Positions 49,581 through 59,637 of a DNA stretch of 64,000 nucleotides are shown in pieces. The notes under the pieces were generated by a model. That model saw nothing but the letters and a program-made list of their open reading frames with translations. It did not search any database and was not told the origin of the DNA. The stretch is taken from the NCBI GenBank assembly GCA_963753595.1, contig CAVWCX010000001.1, positions 64,001-128,000 of the forward strand, given 5' to 3'. A program made the translations under genes and the position numbers. This stretch comes from Candidatus Methanoperedenaceae archaeon (GTDB taxonomy: Archaea > Halobacteriota > Methanosarcinia > Methanosarcinales > Methanoperedenaceae). How positions within the stretch are numbered: position 1 is the first letter of the stretch; the number at the start of each line of letters is the position of its first letter.

Positions 49581-50306
49581 ATGTATATCCCTTTAAATGA
49601 TATACTGTTTCTTTTAATTCTTTTGGCATTTTTGATAATGGTATATAGAAGAATTATTTACAGCATTAGTTTTTCTGAGCCAATTATCCAAACCTTTAAA
49701 ACTTTTGACAGGAAGCATAGGATCAATGCTTATATTAAACAAATAAACCAAAGACCAGAAGAATCCCAGAAAGTCGTATTAAAAGAGCTATTTATTTTTA
49801 TATTTGCACTAATGATAATGTTCCTTTTTGCTTCAAAAGCAATTTTGTTTACAGCTGTGATATCAGGGAGCATGTCTCCCACCTTCGATAAGGATGATCT
49901 TGTCCTTATGCAGAATATAGACCGTACATACAAACCCGGGGACATAATAATGTTCGAGCGGCCAGATACTTCATTTCCTGTTGTACATAGAATAAAGCAG
50001 ATTACAGACAAAGGTATAAATACAGCAGGTGATGCCACGGATCAGGTGGACTGGTGGGAACTCGAAAAAGAAAAAATTCTCGGGAAAGCTATTATGATAC
50101 AGGGGAAACCAGTAGTTATAAAAGGATATGGTAAGTTCTTCATAATTGATGAACGTAACCAGGACTTTGGTCCAATGGGGCAGGATTACGGAAAATACTT
50201 TTTATTTTTCCAGATTATAAAGATTTATGGATATGTTATTGCAGTGTTTTCTTTATTTCTTTATATTTTTATGACATTAAGGCAAAAGCCATGGCAAAGT
50301 AGATAA
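49581..50306 (+). CDS. Archaeal/SipW-type signal peptidase I (S26B)
   Basis: VISGSMSPT (Ser), PGDIIMF, VVHRI (His), T.GD; extra TM helices. Confidence 0.88.
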   Translation: MYIPLNDILFLLILLAFLIMVYRRIIYSISFSEPIIQTFKTFDRKHRINAYIKQINQRPEESQKVVLKELFIFIFALMIMFLFASKAILFTAVISGSMSPTFDKDDLVLMQNIDRTYKPGDIIMFERPDTSFPVVHRIKQITDKGINTAGDATDQVDWWELEKEKILGKAIMIQGKPVVIKGYGKFFIIDERNQDFGPMGQDYGKYFLFFQIIKIYGYVIAVFSLFLYIFMTLRQKPWQSR

Positions 50307-50329
50307 TATTCTGAATGATAGGTGTATAA

Positions 50330-51895
50330 ATGGAAAAAAGGCATATCTTGCTTATCGTGGCGTTACTTTCTGCCATAGTATTCGTAATGCCAAATATTTA
50401 TTCTTTATTTGCAGGCCAGCACTGGTTTTATGATACTGGAGTGTCCTATTGCCTGAAATGCCATTCTGATATCAAACAGGAGCTTGATTCCCAATTCCAT
50501 CATACTTTTACATGCGAAAACTGCCACTCTATCAATACGAATTCAAATGCAACGCATGGAAATGTGGTTTCACCCAGATGCCTTGATTGCCATTCTAATC
50601 CCGGGCGTCTAGTGACGGATTCAAATGGAAATACATTCCTCACTCCTCTTGCATATGTTTTTGGAGAAAATGTAACAAATGCGGAATCACATAAGCCTTT
50701 GATTACAGGGGCCAATTCATCACCTCTTATGAAAGGTGAAAATGAAGCATGTTTTTCCTGCCATACCAGGAAATCGATCAGCATCAATATACGTTATGCA
50801 GATACATACAGTTTCAATTCCCGCAGGGCTGATAACGGCACATGGCAAATGTGGGATTATTCAAAAAATGCCGAAAATTCAGTAAATTTGATTATCCAGG
50901 CCAACGAATCTTCAGGAAAGCATTTGTTTTTATCATTAAATCAATTAAAATGTGAAAAATGCCATCCGAATACTGGAGACGAGCTCACAAGTTCCTCCCA
51001 TCATACATACTTTTCATGCAACTCCTGCCATCAGCTGTATTCGACATACCATGTATCAAGTATCCCCCCATGTCTTGAATGTCACGGCACAGAGCCAAAG
51101 ATGGTCACTGATATGCAAAAGAATACATATGTTGCATCTGCAGCTAAAGTCTATTCAGAAAATACGATAGGGGCAGATGCACATCTCCCGTTTGTCCTGG
51201 GCGCAAATTCAAGCAATTTATCTGCAGGCAGTAACATTGCCTGCTTTTCATGCCATTCCGGTTTAAATAATAAGATAATTTTTTCAAGACCGGAATATAT
51301 TGAATGGGATGTTGAAAATTCAGGCGGCACATGGACGATACAAAATCTTGCATTGGGAGAAACAAAGGAAGTGAAGGTTACAAAATATTCAGATGGAAAA
51401 TCCCATAATATCTCTATGGATACAGGTTGCATATCCTGCCACGATGACATAAGGCAGGCAGTCTCTAATGGCGGACATTCTAACGAGCAGTGGGGAATGA
51501 AACATAATTATTCCGATTATAGCGATATGAACTTTTATTGCAGGTCATGCCATGATCCATTTACTAAAGATAACTTTAATAATTCTCCATATCCAGCCTA
51601 TCCTTTTAACTCCATCAATCATGGTTCTATTAAAATACTATGTATGGATTGTCATGGCAGATCAGGAAGTTTGTCAGTAAGCTTCAATGGGATCATGAAG
51701 ATTCCATCTTACAACAGTACTTCCATGGGCAATATTGAGAGTTCGATCAGCCTCCAGCCGGATTTTATTCAATCGTACCTGTGCATAGCATGTAAGAACA
51801 CGGGGAATCCTGTTCCGAATACTTCATTACACTTTAAATTATATACTGAACCTGAGGTAAAGGTTTATGTCAATGGGACGCAACGATATCCGTAA
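50330..51895 (+). CDS. Secreted dodecaheme cytochrome c (11 CxxCH + CxxCK) made of three tandem LFAGQH-family tetraheme units
   Basis: CLKCH/CENCH/CLDCH/CFSCH; CEKCH/CNSCH/CLECH/CFSCH; CISCH/CRSCH/CMDCH/CIACK. Confidence 0.9.
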   Translation: MEKRHILLIVALLSAIVFVMPNIYSLFAGQHWFYDTGVSYCLKCHSDIKQELDSQFHHTFTCENCHSINTNSNATHGNVVSPRCLDCHSNPGRLVTDSNGNTFLTPLAYVFGENVTNAESHKPLITGANSSPLMKGENEACFSCHTRKSISINIRYADTYSFNSRRADNGTWQMWDYSKNAENSVNLIIQANESSGKHLFLSLNQLKCEKCHPNTGDELTSSSHHTYFSCNSCHQLYSTYHVSSIPPCLECHGTEPKMVTDMQKNTYVASAAKVYSENTIGADAHLPFVLGANSSNLSAGSNIACFSCHSGLNNKIIFSRPEYIEWDVENSGGTWTIQNLALGETKEVKVTKYSDGKSHNISMDTGCISCHDDIRQAVSNGGHSNEQWGMKHNYSDYSDMNFYCRSCHDPFTKDNFNNSPYPAYPFNSINHGSIKILCMDCHGRSGSLSVSFNGIMKIPSYNSTSMGNIESSISLQPDFIQSYLCIACKNTGNPVPNTSLHFKLYTEPEVKVYVNGTQRYP

Positions 51896-52877
51896 AAAAA
51901 TCAAGAACCCTTTACTTGATGTTAATGAAGATGTATCTGTCAGGCCTTTTGAGCATTATTCGTTCTTTGATAAAATAGGCGTTGCCAGTGCTTTGATCAT
52001 GTCGATGGCGATATTATTAATGTCAATCATTTCTTTTTATATTGATTTTGTAAAATCAAATTATCTTTATACATTGATAGATTTAATTATTTTTGTATTC
52101 TCTCTGGGAGCTGTATACTTTGTCTTAAATGCTTTCAAGAAAAGAGTGATCACTGACCTATTGATAGATACGGCATTCCAGGAAGGAGTTTATTCAAGAC
52201 TTGCGCCTTTGGTTGAAAATATAGCCAGGTCGCATGTAGATACAAATATTATTCTGGACAGGATGTCCAATATTGATTTGAAGGTCGAAAATATTTTAAA
52301 AGAAGGGTATGCAAGGGATATAAAATCAGGTGACGTTTTACAGGAGCCCATTGCTGTTGCAACCTCAATTAAATTCGCGATCAAATCGATTTTTTTAATA
52401 GTTGTGACAATGGCTGTTTTTATGTTCCTTTTAAATTTTAATCTCGCTGGTATTACTCCCTATGCTGTTCTTTTGGTATTTATCGCATGGTGGGGATTTA
52501 TAACAAACGAATATAATTTATGGAAGGAGTCTTCTGCCTGGGCAATGGTTTTTCTCCCAATACTTGTGATACCGGTAGCCGTCATGCTTTTAGCAAATCT
52601 TTTGAATTATAACGTATTAATGGCGATACTATATGTATCTGTTGGATTATATACATTTGTTTATTATATCTGGGCTGTATATGCATCAACAGGAAGCCTG
52701 CCATTAATCGCGACAAGAAAACAAGAACAGGTAGAAAGTGAATTTTTCGCTTTACAACAAAAAGGAATGCTGAAAAAACTTTTTGATTTATCAATTTCAA
52801 GAGTTGAACAAAAATTGCAGGAAGACAAGAAAAAGCAGGAATCAGATTATATCTGGAAAAAATCTTTGAAGGACTGA
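51867..52877 (+). CDS. Polytopic membrane protein (~6 TM) of unknown function
   Basis: Overlaps the dodecaheme gene; 2+4 TM helices with a cytoplasmic coiled segment. Confidence 0.75.
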   Translation: MSMGRNDIRKKIKNPLLDVNEDVSVRPFEHYSFFDKIGVASALIMSMAILLMSIISFYIDFVKSNYLYTLIDLIIFVFSLGAVYFVLNAFKKRVITDLLIDTAFQEGVYSRLAPLVENIARSHVDTNIILDRMSNIDLKVENILKEGYARDIKSGDVLQEPIAVATSIKFAIKSIFLIVVTMAVFMFLLNFNLAGITPYAVLLVFIAWWGFITNEYNLWKESSAWAMVFLPILVIPVAVMLLANLLNYNVLMAILYVSVGLYTFVYYIWAVYASTGSLPLIATRKQEQVESEFFALQQKGMLKKLFDLSISRVEQKLQEDKKKQESDYIWKKSLKD

Positions 52878-53429
52878 CAAACTTTCATTCTTGAATTTAA
52901 TTACATCACGAGATTTTTGGATTTTACGATATTTTGTTTCAGTTCTTTTCATTGTTACGTTTCTATATTTCTTAACTTCTTTTGTTGCCGGTATTATATC
53001 ATATTTAAATTCCGTGATGGTCTCGTTATAACTTATTTCAATTGTTTTCATTTCTCCGGAAGAAATATAATTTCCTGTCGAAGATATTTTGGTGACCAAT
53101 GGAATAGAAATATCTTTTTTGGTAGTAATACGAAAATCCACATTAAAATTTCCATTTATTGTGTCATTATTCTTGATTGTAACCCATACATGGGATGGGG
53201 AAGGAGATATAGAGTTTGAATATTGGGCATCAATTACAATGTAATCGATTGGAACGTCCTCTATGTATGATTCGTTAACTGTGTAATTATAAAAATTAAA
53301 ATCTATATACGGTTCCTCAAATGTATAATATTCTGTATCAGTATAAGGTACGGATGTATTATAAGGTACATTTATGCAGATGAATAGGAAAAATGCAAGG
53401 AAAGCGTATTTATGGTTTATTCTTTTCAT
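52842..53429 (-). CDS. Hypothetical secreted protein
   Basis: N-terminal hydrophobic helix, VPYT..E.Y...EPY repeats, V.I.N.D...G.F.V. Confidence 0.65.
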   Translation of the reverse strand: MKRINHKYAFLAFFLFICINVPYNTSVPYTDTEYYTFEEPYIDFNFYNYTVNESYIEDVPIDYIVIDAQYSNSISPSPSHVWVTIKNNDTINGNFNVDFRITTKKDISIPLVTKISSTGNYISSGEMKTIEISYNETITEFKYDIIPATKEVKKYRNVTMKRTETKYRKIQKSRDVIKFKNESLSVLQRFFPDII

Positions 53430-53433
53430 AATA

Positions 53434-54957
53434 TCATATAAAAGTAGTTGCAGTCTCTTCCACCAAATAAATAGCTACACCTTTTCGTGTGAGGTAATGG
53501 AAACGATCAGGGGAATCAAACATGATCCCTCCTCCATCGTAGATAAAGATAATAGAATCATATCTCTTTCCGTCTTTCCCATCCACAACAACGAATTGCC
53601 CGTCATTGTTTGAAGCCCCATAGACCAGATGCTTGTTATCCGGGCTGAAAAGTAAAGAACCTTCTATAATATCATCATATTGTTTTCCTATATTGCCGTC
53701 AATAACATCTTTTAAACCATCATCATTTCCAAAATCTTCAAAATTCATGGGGACAGAGCTAAATGAAATCACGCCGCTATAAGTTGATTTTTTCTCAGTT
53801 GTTTCCTCTATCACGAACCATTTATCTTTTTCTCTTGCCGCATAAGCTACCCGTTTGCTGTCAGGGCTAAATACTGGAGTATATTTCAGGATATCATCAT
53901 ACCGCTGTCCCTCTTTTCCATCCACAACTACGAACCATTTATCGCCTTCTCTTGCTGCGTAAGCGATCCTTTTTCCATCAGGACTGAAGGTGATACTATG
54001 TTTCAATATGCTGCCGTATATTTTTTCCTCTTTTCCATCTACTACTACAAACCACCCATTTCCCTCTCTTGCTGCATAAGCGATCTGTTTGCTGTCCGGG
54101 CTGAAGATGGGAGTGTATTTCAGGATTTCATCATATGTTTTCCCTTCCTCTTCATTTTCTACAACAAACCACTTTCCGTCCTTTTTTGCTACATAAGCCG
54201 TCTTATTGCTGTCAGGACTGAACATGAGGGTGTTTGTCAGTATGCTATCATATTGCTGTCCCTCTTTTCCATCCAATACCACAAACAATTTGCCCTCTTC
54301 TCCTGCGACATAGGCTACTCGATTGCTGTCAGGACTAAAGACAGGGTAAAAACTGCTTTGAAATTTCTTATCTTCTTTTCCATCCACAACCACGAACCAT
54401 TTATCTTCCTCCCTTGCTTCATAGGCTATCCTTTCGCTGTCCGGGCTAAAGACAGGCATTTTGATGCTATCGTATTGTTTTTCTTCTTTTCCATCTACGA
54501 CCACAAACCATTTACTGCTATCATTTGCCACATAAGCCTGGCGCCTGCCATCAGGACTGAAAACCAGGTTTCTAACATTTTCATAATGAGTTTCTTCTTT
54601 TCCATTAAGTACTACAAACCACCTCTCATTCTCTTTTGCGGCATAAGCCAGGCTTTTGCTATCCGGGCTAAAAATGAAACCATTTATATCATCGTATTTT
54701 TTTTCATTTTCTCCATTCAGGACAATGAATTTCTTTTCTCCTTCAGTTTCAACATAAACAAATTGCATACTATCCGGACTTACCTTGAAAGTCTCCGGAA
54801 CCCCCGAAAAAAAACCGAATTTAACAATAAGTTTTTCTGAAATCACCCTGCCGGCTATTTCTTCATTATTTTGCGCTCTTGATGGAGTATCCCGCGAAAT
54901 ACAACCACTTGCCAATATTATTATAATTAGAATAAAAGTAATTATGTATTTTTTCAT
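53434..54957 (-). CDS. TolB/PD40-like beta-propeller lipoprotein
   Basis: Lipobox ASGC; ~9 tandem FSPD.KR.AY.A....KWFVVVDGKE...YD.I repeats. Confidence 0.85.
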   Translation of the reverse strand: MKKYIITFILIIIILASGCISRDTPSRAQNNEEIAGRVISEKLIVKFGFFSGVPETFKVSPDSMQFVYVETEGEKKFIVLNGENEKKYDDINGFIFSPDSKSLAYAAKENERWFVVLNGKEETHYENVRNLVFSPDGRRQAYVANDSSKWFVVVDGKEEKQYDSIKMPVFSPDSERIAYEAREEDKWFVVVDGKEDKKFQSSFYPVFSPDSNRVAYVAGEEGKLFVVLDGKEGQQYDSILTNTLMFSPDSNKTAYVAKKDGKWFVVENEEEGKTYDEILKYTPIFSPDSKQIAYAAREGNGWFVVVDGKEEKIYGSILKHSITFSPDGKRIAYAAREGDKWFVVVDGKEGQRYDDILKYTPVFSPDSKRVAYAAREKDKWFVIEETTEKKSTYSGVISFSSVPMNFEDFGNDDGLKDVIDGNIGKQYDDIIEGSLLFSPDNKHLVYGASNNDGQFVVVDGKDGKRYDSIIFIYDGGGIMFDSPDRFHYLTRKGVAIYLVEETATTFI

Positions 54958-55082
54958 ATTTAATTTAAACAAATTCACTTTTAATAAAGCCTTTAAGTAT
55001 ATAGATTTGGCTGAGTAATCAACCTGTATTGATTGAATGTTTTAAGCCTTATTTTCAAAATCTTTATAAGTAAATCAGTATA

Positions 55083-56372
55083 TTGTTGTGCGTGGAATTT
55101 AAACTGACTATCCTAATTATGGTATTTATTCTCTTTGCCGTTCCTTCCCTGGCTGTTGATAATGGATATGCCAGGATAGTTTATAATGTAAGGGGATTGC
55201 AGGATTATGATCTGCACTGGAACGACAGGTTCCCTCCCGGGAGCACTTTAAGAATTTATGCAGAGGCAAACGGCGTGAATCATAAGCGCCAGGTGGCAGT
55301 TGATTACATTTTTATTATTAAGGATCCAAATAATAATGTTATAGATACGGCATTATATAGCAATAGATATGAAGATTACAGGGAAAATGATTTCATGACC
55401 TATTCAAGGAATGTGCCGCAAGAGTGGGATGATGGGGTTTATACGGCTGATATACATATTTTTGACCTGTTGAATGAAACACTAATGGATACATATTATC
55501 GTGAACTTATAATGTCATATTTGAATGAGAGTGACAGGCCTGATCTTCCGGTAATGAATCGAAGCAATGCATCAGTTCTGCCGGAACAGCACATGATAAT
55601 TAAGAAAACCTTTTTTATTGACAGGTATGCAAATAAATATCCCGTTGACAGATTCAGAATAGAAAAAATCATGCTTGATAGAACAAGTGTTGCGCCAAAT
55701 ATGCCAGTTGCGGTTAGCGCCAATGTGATCAATACTTTTTATGATAAAGGTTCAACATCTATTGATTTGTTATTAGATAATAAAGTAATTAACAAAACTA
55801 CGCTGGAAATTGAAAGTTATAGTTCCAGCCAGGCTATTTTCACAGTTTCCACCGAAATTATCGGGAACCATACTGTAGAAATTATACCGACTGGAATGAA
55901 TACTATTGGAATAAATCTGTCCGGTGTCTTCATGGTGAGCGCCGAAAAAGAGATAGAAAAACCTACGGAATTTGTTTACCAGGATATACAGATAGATAAA
56001 TTAAGTGTCGAGCCAAACGGGACCGTGATTATCGCTGTGACAGTAAAAAATACAGGAAAGGAAGGAATCCAGTCTGTGGAGTTGTATATTAATGATGTCC
56101 TGGAAGAAGAAAGACAGGTAGATCTAAACTTTTCGGAAATTAAAGATATTTTATTCAATGTGACCAAAAAAGATCTGGGCGCATACAGGGTTACAGTTGG
56201 CAAATCAACTCTTAGCAAGGTTTTTTTTGTGGAATCAAGTACACCTGTTCCTTTTGTAACAGCCGGACCCAAAATAGAAAAAAAGCCGCAGCTTAAGGTC
56301 GTGATCGGCCTATCAGTTATTGTTATATTGATATATCTTTTAAGAATATATTTAAAAAATAAATGGAAGTGA
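55083..56372 (+). CDS. CARDB/Ig-domain membrane-anchored surface protein
   Basis: Signal peptide, V.V.NTG..G...V.L.IN, G.Y.V.VG, C-terminal TM + basic tail. Confidence 0.75.
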   Translation: MLCVEFKLTILIMVFILFAVPSLAVDNGYARIVYNVRGLQDYDLHWNDRFPPGSTLRIYAEANGVNHKRQVAVDYIFIIKDPNNNVIDTALYSNRYEDYRENDFMTYSRNVPQEWDDGVYTADIHIFDLLNETLMDTYYRELIMSYLNESDRPDLPVMNRSNASVLPEQHMIIKKTFFIDRYANKYPVDRFRIEKIMLDRTSVAPNMPVAVSANVINTFYDKGSTSIDLLLDNKVINKTTLEIESYSSSQAIFTVSTEIIGNHTVEIIPTGMNTIGINLSGVFMVSAEKEIEKPTEFVYQDIQIDKLSVEPNGTVIIAVTVKNTGKEGIQSVELYINDVLEEERQVDLNFSEIKDILFNVTKKDLGAYRVTVGKSTLSKVFFVESSTPVPFVTAGPKIEKKPQLKVVIGLSVIVILIYLLRIYLKNKWK

Positions 56373-56376
56373 TAAA

Positions 56377-57114
56377 ATGGTAGCAAGAATCATTGCCATA
56401 GCATCGGGAAAAGGCGGTGTCGGTAAAACGACTATCGCTTTGAACTTGGGATTTGCTATGGCATCATTAAAAAAGAATGTCCTGGTCATAGACACTGACG
56501 TATCTCTTCCAAATCTGGATCTATATACAGGACTTGAAAAACCATTAATTACTCTTCTTGAGGTATTGAATGGCTCAGCAAATATCCAGAGCGCGATATA
56601 CTCAATCCAGATGGGGCTGAACATCCTGCCATGCGGTTCTTCGATTGAAGCTTTACGCGGTGCAGATATTGACAAATTAGGAGATATTATCTCAGAATTA
56701 AAAAACAGCGAATTTGATTTTATAATTCTGGATGTTCCTGCAGGTCTTTCCAAGTTCAGTTTATTGCCCATGACATATTCCGATGAGGTTATACTTATTG
56801 TCAATCCGGACCCGGCTTCCATATCAGATGCCCGGAAGGTAAGAACAGTATCCGGGCTTACTGATATGAAGATCACAGGCATAATTGTGAATAAATTTAA
56901 AAAGAACAATTATGAGGACATTGGAATAAAATTAGGACTGCCAGTTATCGGGGTGGTACCTGTGGATGATGCTGTCGTTAAATCCAGGGATTCAAGAAAA
57001 CCTGTAATATTACTGAAACCAAAATCTGCTCCCGCAAAAGCATTAATGCAAATAGCAAGAAAAGTATGCGGGATCCCTGAGAAAAAAAGTATTTTAGCGA
57101 GATTATTAGGATAA
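56377..57114 (+). CDS. minD: MinD-family ATPase
   Basis: ASGKGGVGKTT, IDTD...PNL, ILDVPAG, amphipathic MTS KKSILARLLG. Confidence 0.88.
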   Translation: MVARIIAIASGKGGVGKTTIALNLGFAMASLKKNVLVIDTDVSLPNLDLYTGLEKPLITLLEVLNGSANIQSAIYSIQMGLNILPCGSSIEALRGADIDKLGDIISELKNSEFDFIILDVPAGLSKFSLLPMTYSDEVILIVNPDPASISDARKVRTVSGLTDMKITGIIVNKFKKNNYEDIGIKLGLPVIGVVPVDDAVVKSRDSRKPVILLKPKSAPAKALMQIARKVCGIPEKKSILARLLG

Positions 57115-57116
57115 TT

Positions 57117-57732
57117 ATGGACAAGACCAAGGAAAAGGAAGTTTTGGATTTTCTTATGGATGATGGCACATGGGAAAAGACTCCCGGGAAAAAAATCGTT
57201 CAAAAACAACAGGAAATTGGAAAACCAAAAGTCAGCCAACCTGGTAAAATCCCCGAAAATCGAAAATCTGAAAATATGGGGCATATAAACGAAGTCGCAA
57301 AAGAATTTACAAATGAAGAGGTTGATAAAAAAATATAAAAAGACAGGCGATGTTTCTGAAAATGAATTTGGTGAAGTGGATTATGCTATCCTGAAATCAG
57401 TGACTTTTGGTTTTAAAACCATAAAAGAAATTGCAGAAGTGCTGCAAATAAGGACAATGGTCATTGAGAAACATATTTATAAACTTATTCAGGATGGATT
57501 TATAAAATATTTTCAATATTGTGTAATTACTTCAAGGGGAAAACAAGTAATTGAAGACTTTGTGAAAGATAATCCCGAAGATGTCTGGATGCCAATAGAT
57601 GAATTTATATTATCAGTTATCGAACAGAAAAAAGAACGAAATTTAAAGTTCCAGAAGATGGTCGATTTAATTCTTCTTATCTCCATGATAATTTTGATTG
57701 TGCTGATTATTTATTTTGGGCTCATCGCATGA
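57117..57732 (+). CDS. Membrane-anchored winged-helix protein; probably one gene split at A7 (57327-57333)
   Basis: Removing one A fuses EEVDKK to YKKTGD; D.AIL..TIKEIAE.L.....E.HI.KL...GF....ITSRG wHTH; C-terminal TM. Confidence 0.65.
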
Positions 57733-57783
57733 TTTTCAAAAAAGACAAACAGACTGCAGATAAGCGTATTATTGACACTTTCG

Positions 57784-57847
57784 GCCAACATTATCTTAAC
57801 GGCGCCGGGGTTGCGACCCCAGACCCCTGCGGTGCGCCGCCGTTGGC
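57784..57847. repeat. GC-rich palindromic intergenic element
   Basis: GCCAAC...GTTGGC and AACGGCG...CGCCGTT enclosing GGGGTTGCGACCCC. Confidence 0.5.
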
Positions 57848-57894
57848 GGATTATAACATTAACAATACCTGTAATATTTCTAAGTCAAAGACCA

Positions 57895-59637
57895 ATGTAT
57901 AAAAAAATTGTTAAATTATTGGAATCGAACCAAATTCCGTTATCAATATTTTTCATTTCATTATTTGTATTTCTCAGTTTTGCAGGCACACGTATGCTAT
58001 TTTCAGATGAAGGGATAATCGTAAGCCAGTTCTATAATTTTATACATGGTTCTTTAGATTTACAAACGGCCAAAGTGAATGTGGAAAGGGGAATATATAC
58101 GACTGTTGAAAATCATATATATGGAAGATTCAGTTATTCATTGCTTATATTATCTTTACCTGTATATATTATATTAAAAAATATAGATTATTTTTATGGT
58201 GCGCATTTATTTCTTCTGCAGATATGGGCTTTAAGCGGCGGGATATGTGTTTATCTTCTCACAAAAAACTGGAAAATAAAGAATGCGGCATTAGGTGGGG
58301 TTGTATCTTATTTCATATTAATAATGGTCAATCTGCTATCATTTGATCCTATTTATTTTCCTAAATGGGGGGAAATTATATCAATTGAATTTACTAATAT
58401 TCTAATCTCTTCTTTTTTGGTTTTAATGGTATATTTCTTATTCAAGAATCTATTTAATAATAAAATCGCTATCTTCGCGTCTCTTTTTGTTATATTCGCA
58501 ACGCCCATATCCTTTTATTCAATTACGTTGAAGCATCATTCTCTTGCTCTATTATTAACTGTATTGGCATTTTATTTTTTTTATAAATACCAGGAAAAAA
58601 AAGAAAATAAGTTTATTTATTATGCTTATCTATTAGCAGGACTTTGCATCTGGACTAGAATTGCAGAGGGTGCAGCACTTCTGTTGTCCCTCCTTATAAT
58701 AGATATAGTATTTTCCAGGCGAAGCATCAAACATATTGCCTTTGTCTCAATTATTATTCTGGTCTCACTTATCCCATTTTTCATTTTCAATCAATTGATA
58801 CTGGGGAATCCGTTTTCGATCATGGAATTACGCCCCTTAAGTGATATGCCCATGAAAATGGAGATTGAAAAAAATATGATCGTGCTAAGTGAAAGTTCGG
58901 TAAAAGCCAGGCAGGTAGAACTTCTGAATAATCTTGGCTTTATCTGGAATCCAGGGATCAAGACTGCCTTTTTGGACATTATGTCGTATATTTCGATTCG
59001 AAAAATGGGAAACACGTTTGGCCTATTCTTAATAAGTCCATTCTTGATAATCGCGCTTGCGTTTGTTATAGATCGGATAAAAAAGAAAATCAAGTTAAAT
59101 GCAACAGATAAATTATTGGGACTATACGCCATAATATTTATTTTAATACATAAAAATTACCTTAAATTAATAATTACTGATACACCAGTAGTTCTCGAAT
59201 ACAGGTATTTACTTATTATGTATATAGTCCTTCTTTATTTTGGGCTTAGAATAGATAAAGTCGGGGATCTTATTGAAAATAACTATAAGAAAATAGTACA
59301 GTTATACGCAGCCGCAGTAATAATACTAATTTTATATTTTATTAATATTTTTCCTCCCCCCTTCATGAATTTATACTATTCTTTAGCGTTGATCACTTCA
59401 ATCATTTTATTGATTTCATTATCGATGAGTATTTTAATTGAGAATAAAAAATCTTTTGCTGATTTATTGGATAAAATTACATTATTTTTCATCGCATTGT
59501 CACTTGCGCAAGCTTCCATATTGCTGCTTTTTTATTACTGGGTTGTTAGTATTACCTACATTTCGCCATCACAAAATTATACTGTAGTGCCAATTATTGG
59601 GAGTATTTTGAAATGGATGTACCAGGCACTTTTGTGA
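57895..59637 (+). CDS. Polytopic GT-C/PMT-like membrane glycosyltransferase candidate
   Basis: FSDEG in the first loop, many TMs, FATPI.FYS...KHH, WTR..EG, EYRYL; start moved to ATG 57895. Confidence 0.6.
   Translation: MYKKIVKLLESNQIPLSIFFISLFVFLSFAGTRMLFSDEGIIVSQFYNFIHGSLDLQTAKVNVERGIYTTVENHIYGRFSYSLLILSLPVYIILKNIDYFYGAHLFLLQIWALSGGICVYLLTKNWKIKNAALGGVVSYFILIMVNLLSFDPIYFPKWGEIISIEFTNILISSFLVLMVYFLFKNLFNNKIAIFASLFVIFATPISFYSITLKHHSLALLLTVLAFYFFYKYQEKKENKFIYYAYLLAGLCIWTRIAEGAALLLSLLIIDIVFSRRSIKHIAFVSIIILVSLIPFFIFNQLILGNPFSIMELRPLSDMPMKMEIEKNMIVLSESSVKARQVELLNNLGFIWNPGIKTAFLDIMSYISIRKMGNTFGLFLISPFLIIALAFVIDRIKKKIKLNATDKLLGLYAIIFILIHKNYLKLIITDTPVVLEYRYLLIMYIVLLYFGLRIDKVGDLIENNYKKIVQLYAAAVIILILYFINIFPPPFMNLYYSLALITSIILLISLSMSILIENKKSFADLLDKITLFFIALSLAQASILLLFYYWVVSITYISPSQNYTVVPIIGSILKWMYQALL

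Noticed and set aside
53998-54840. 280-aa + strand ORF and the many other antisense ORFs in the track
   Set aside because: Shadow frames of well-supported genes on the opposite strand
53434-54978. CRISPR array or DGR
   Set aside because: The repeats are in-frame protein blades with no constant repeat/unique spacer pattern; no cas or reverse transcriptase genes
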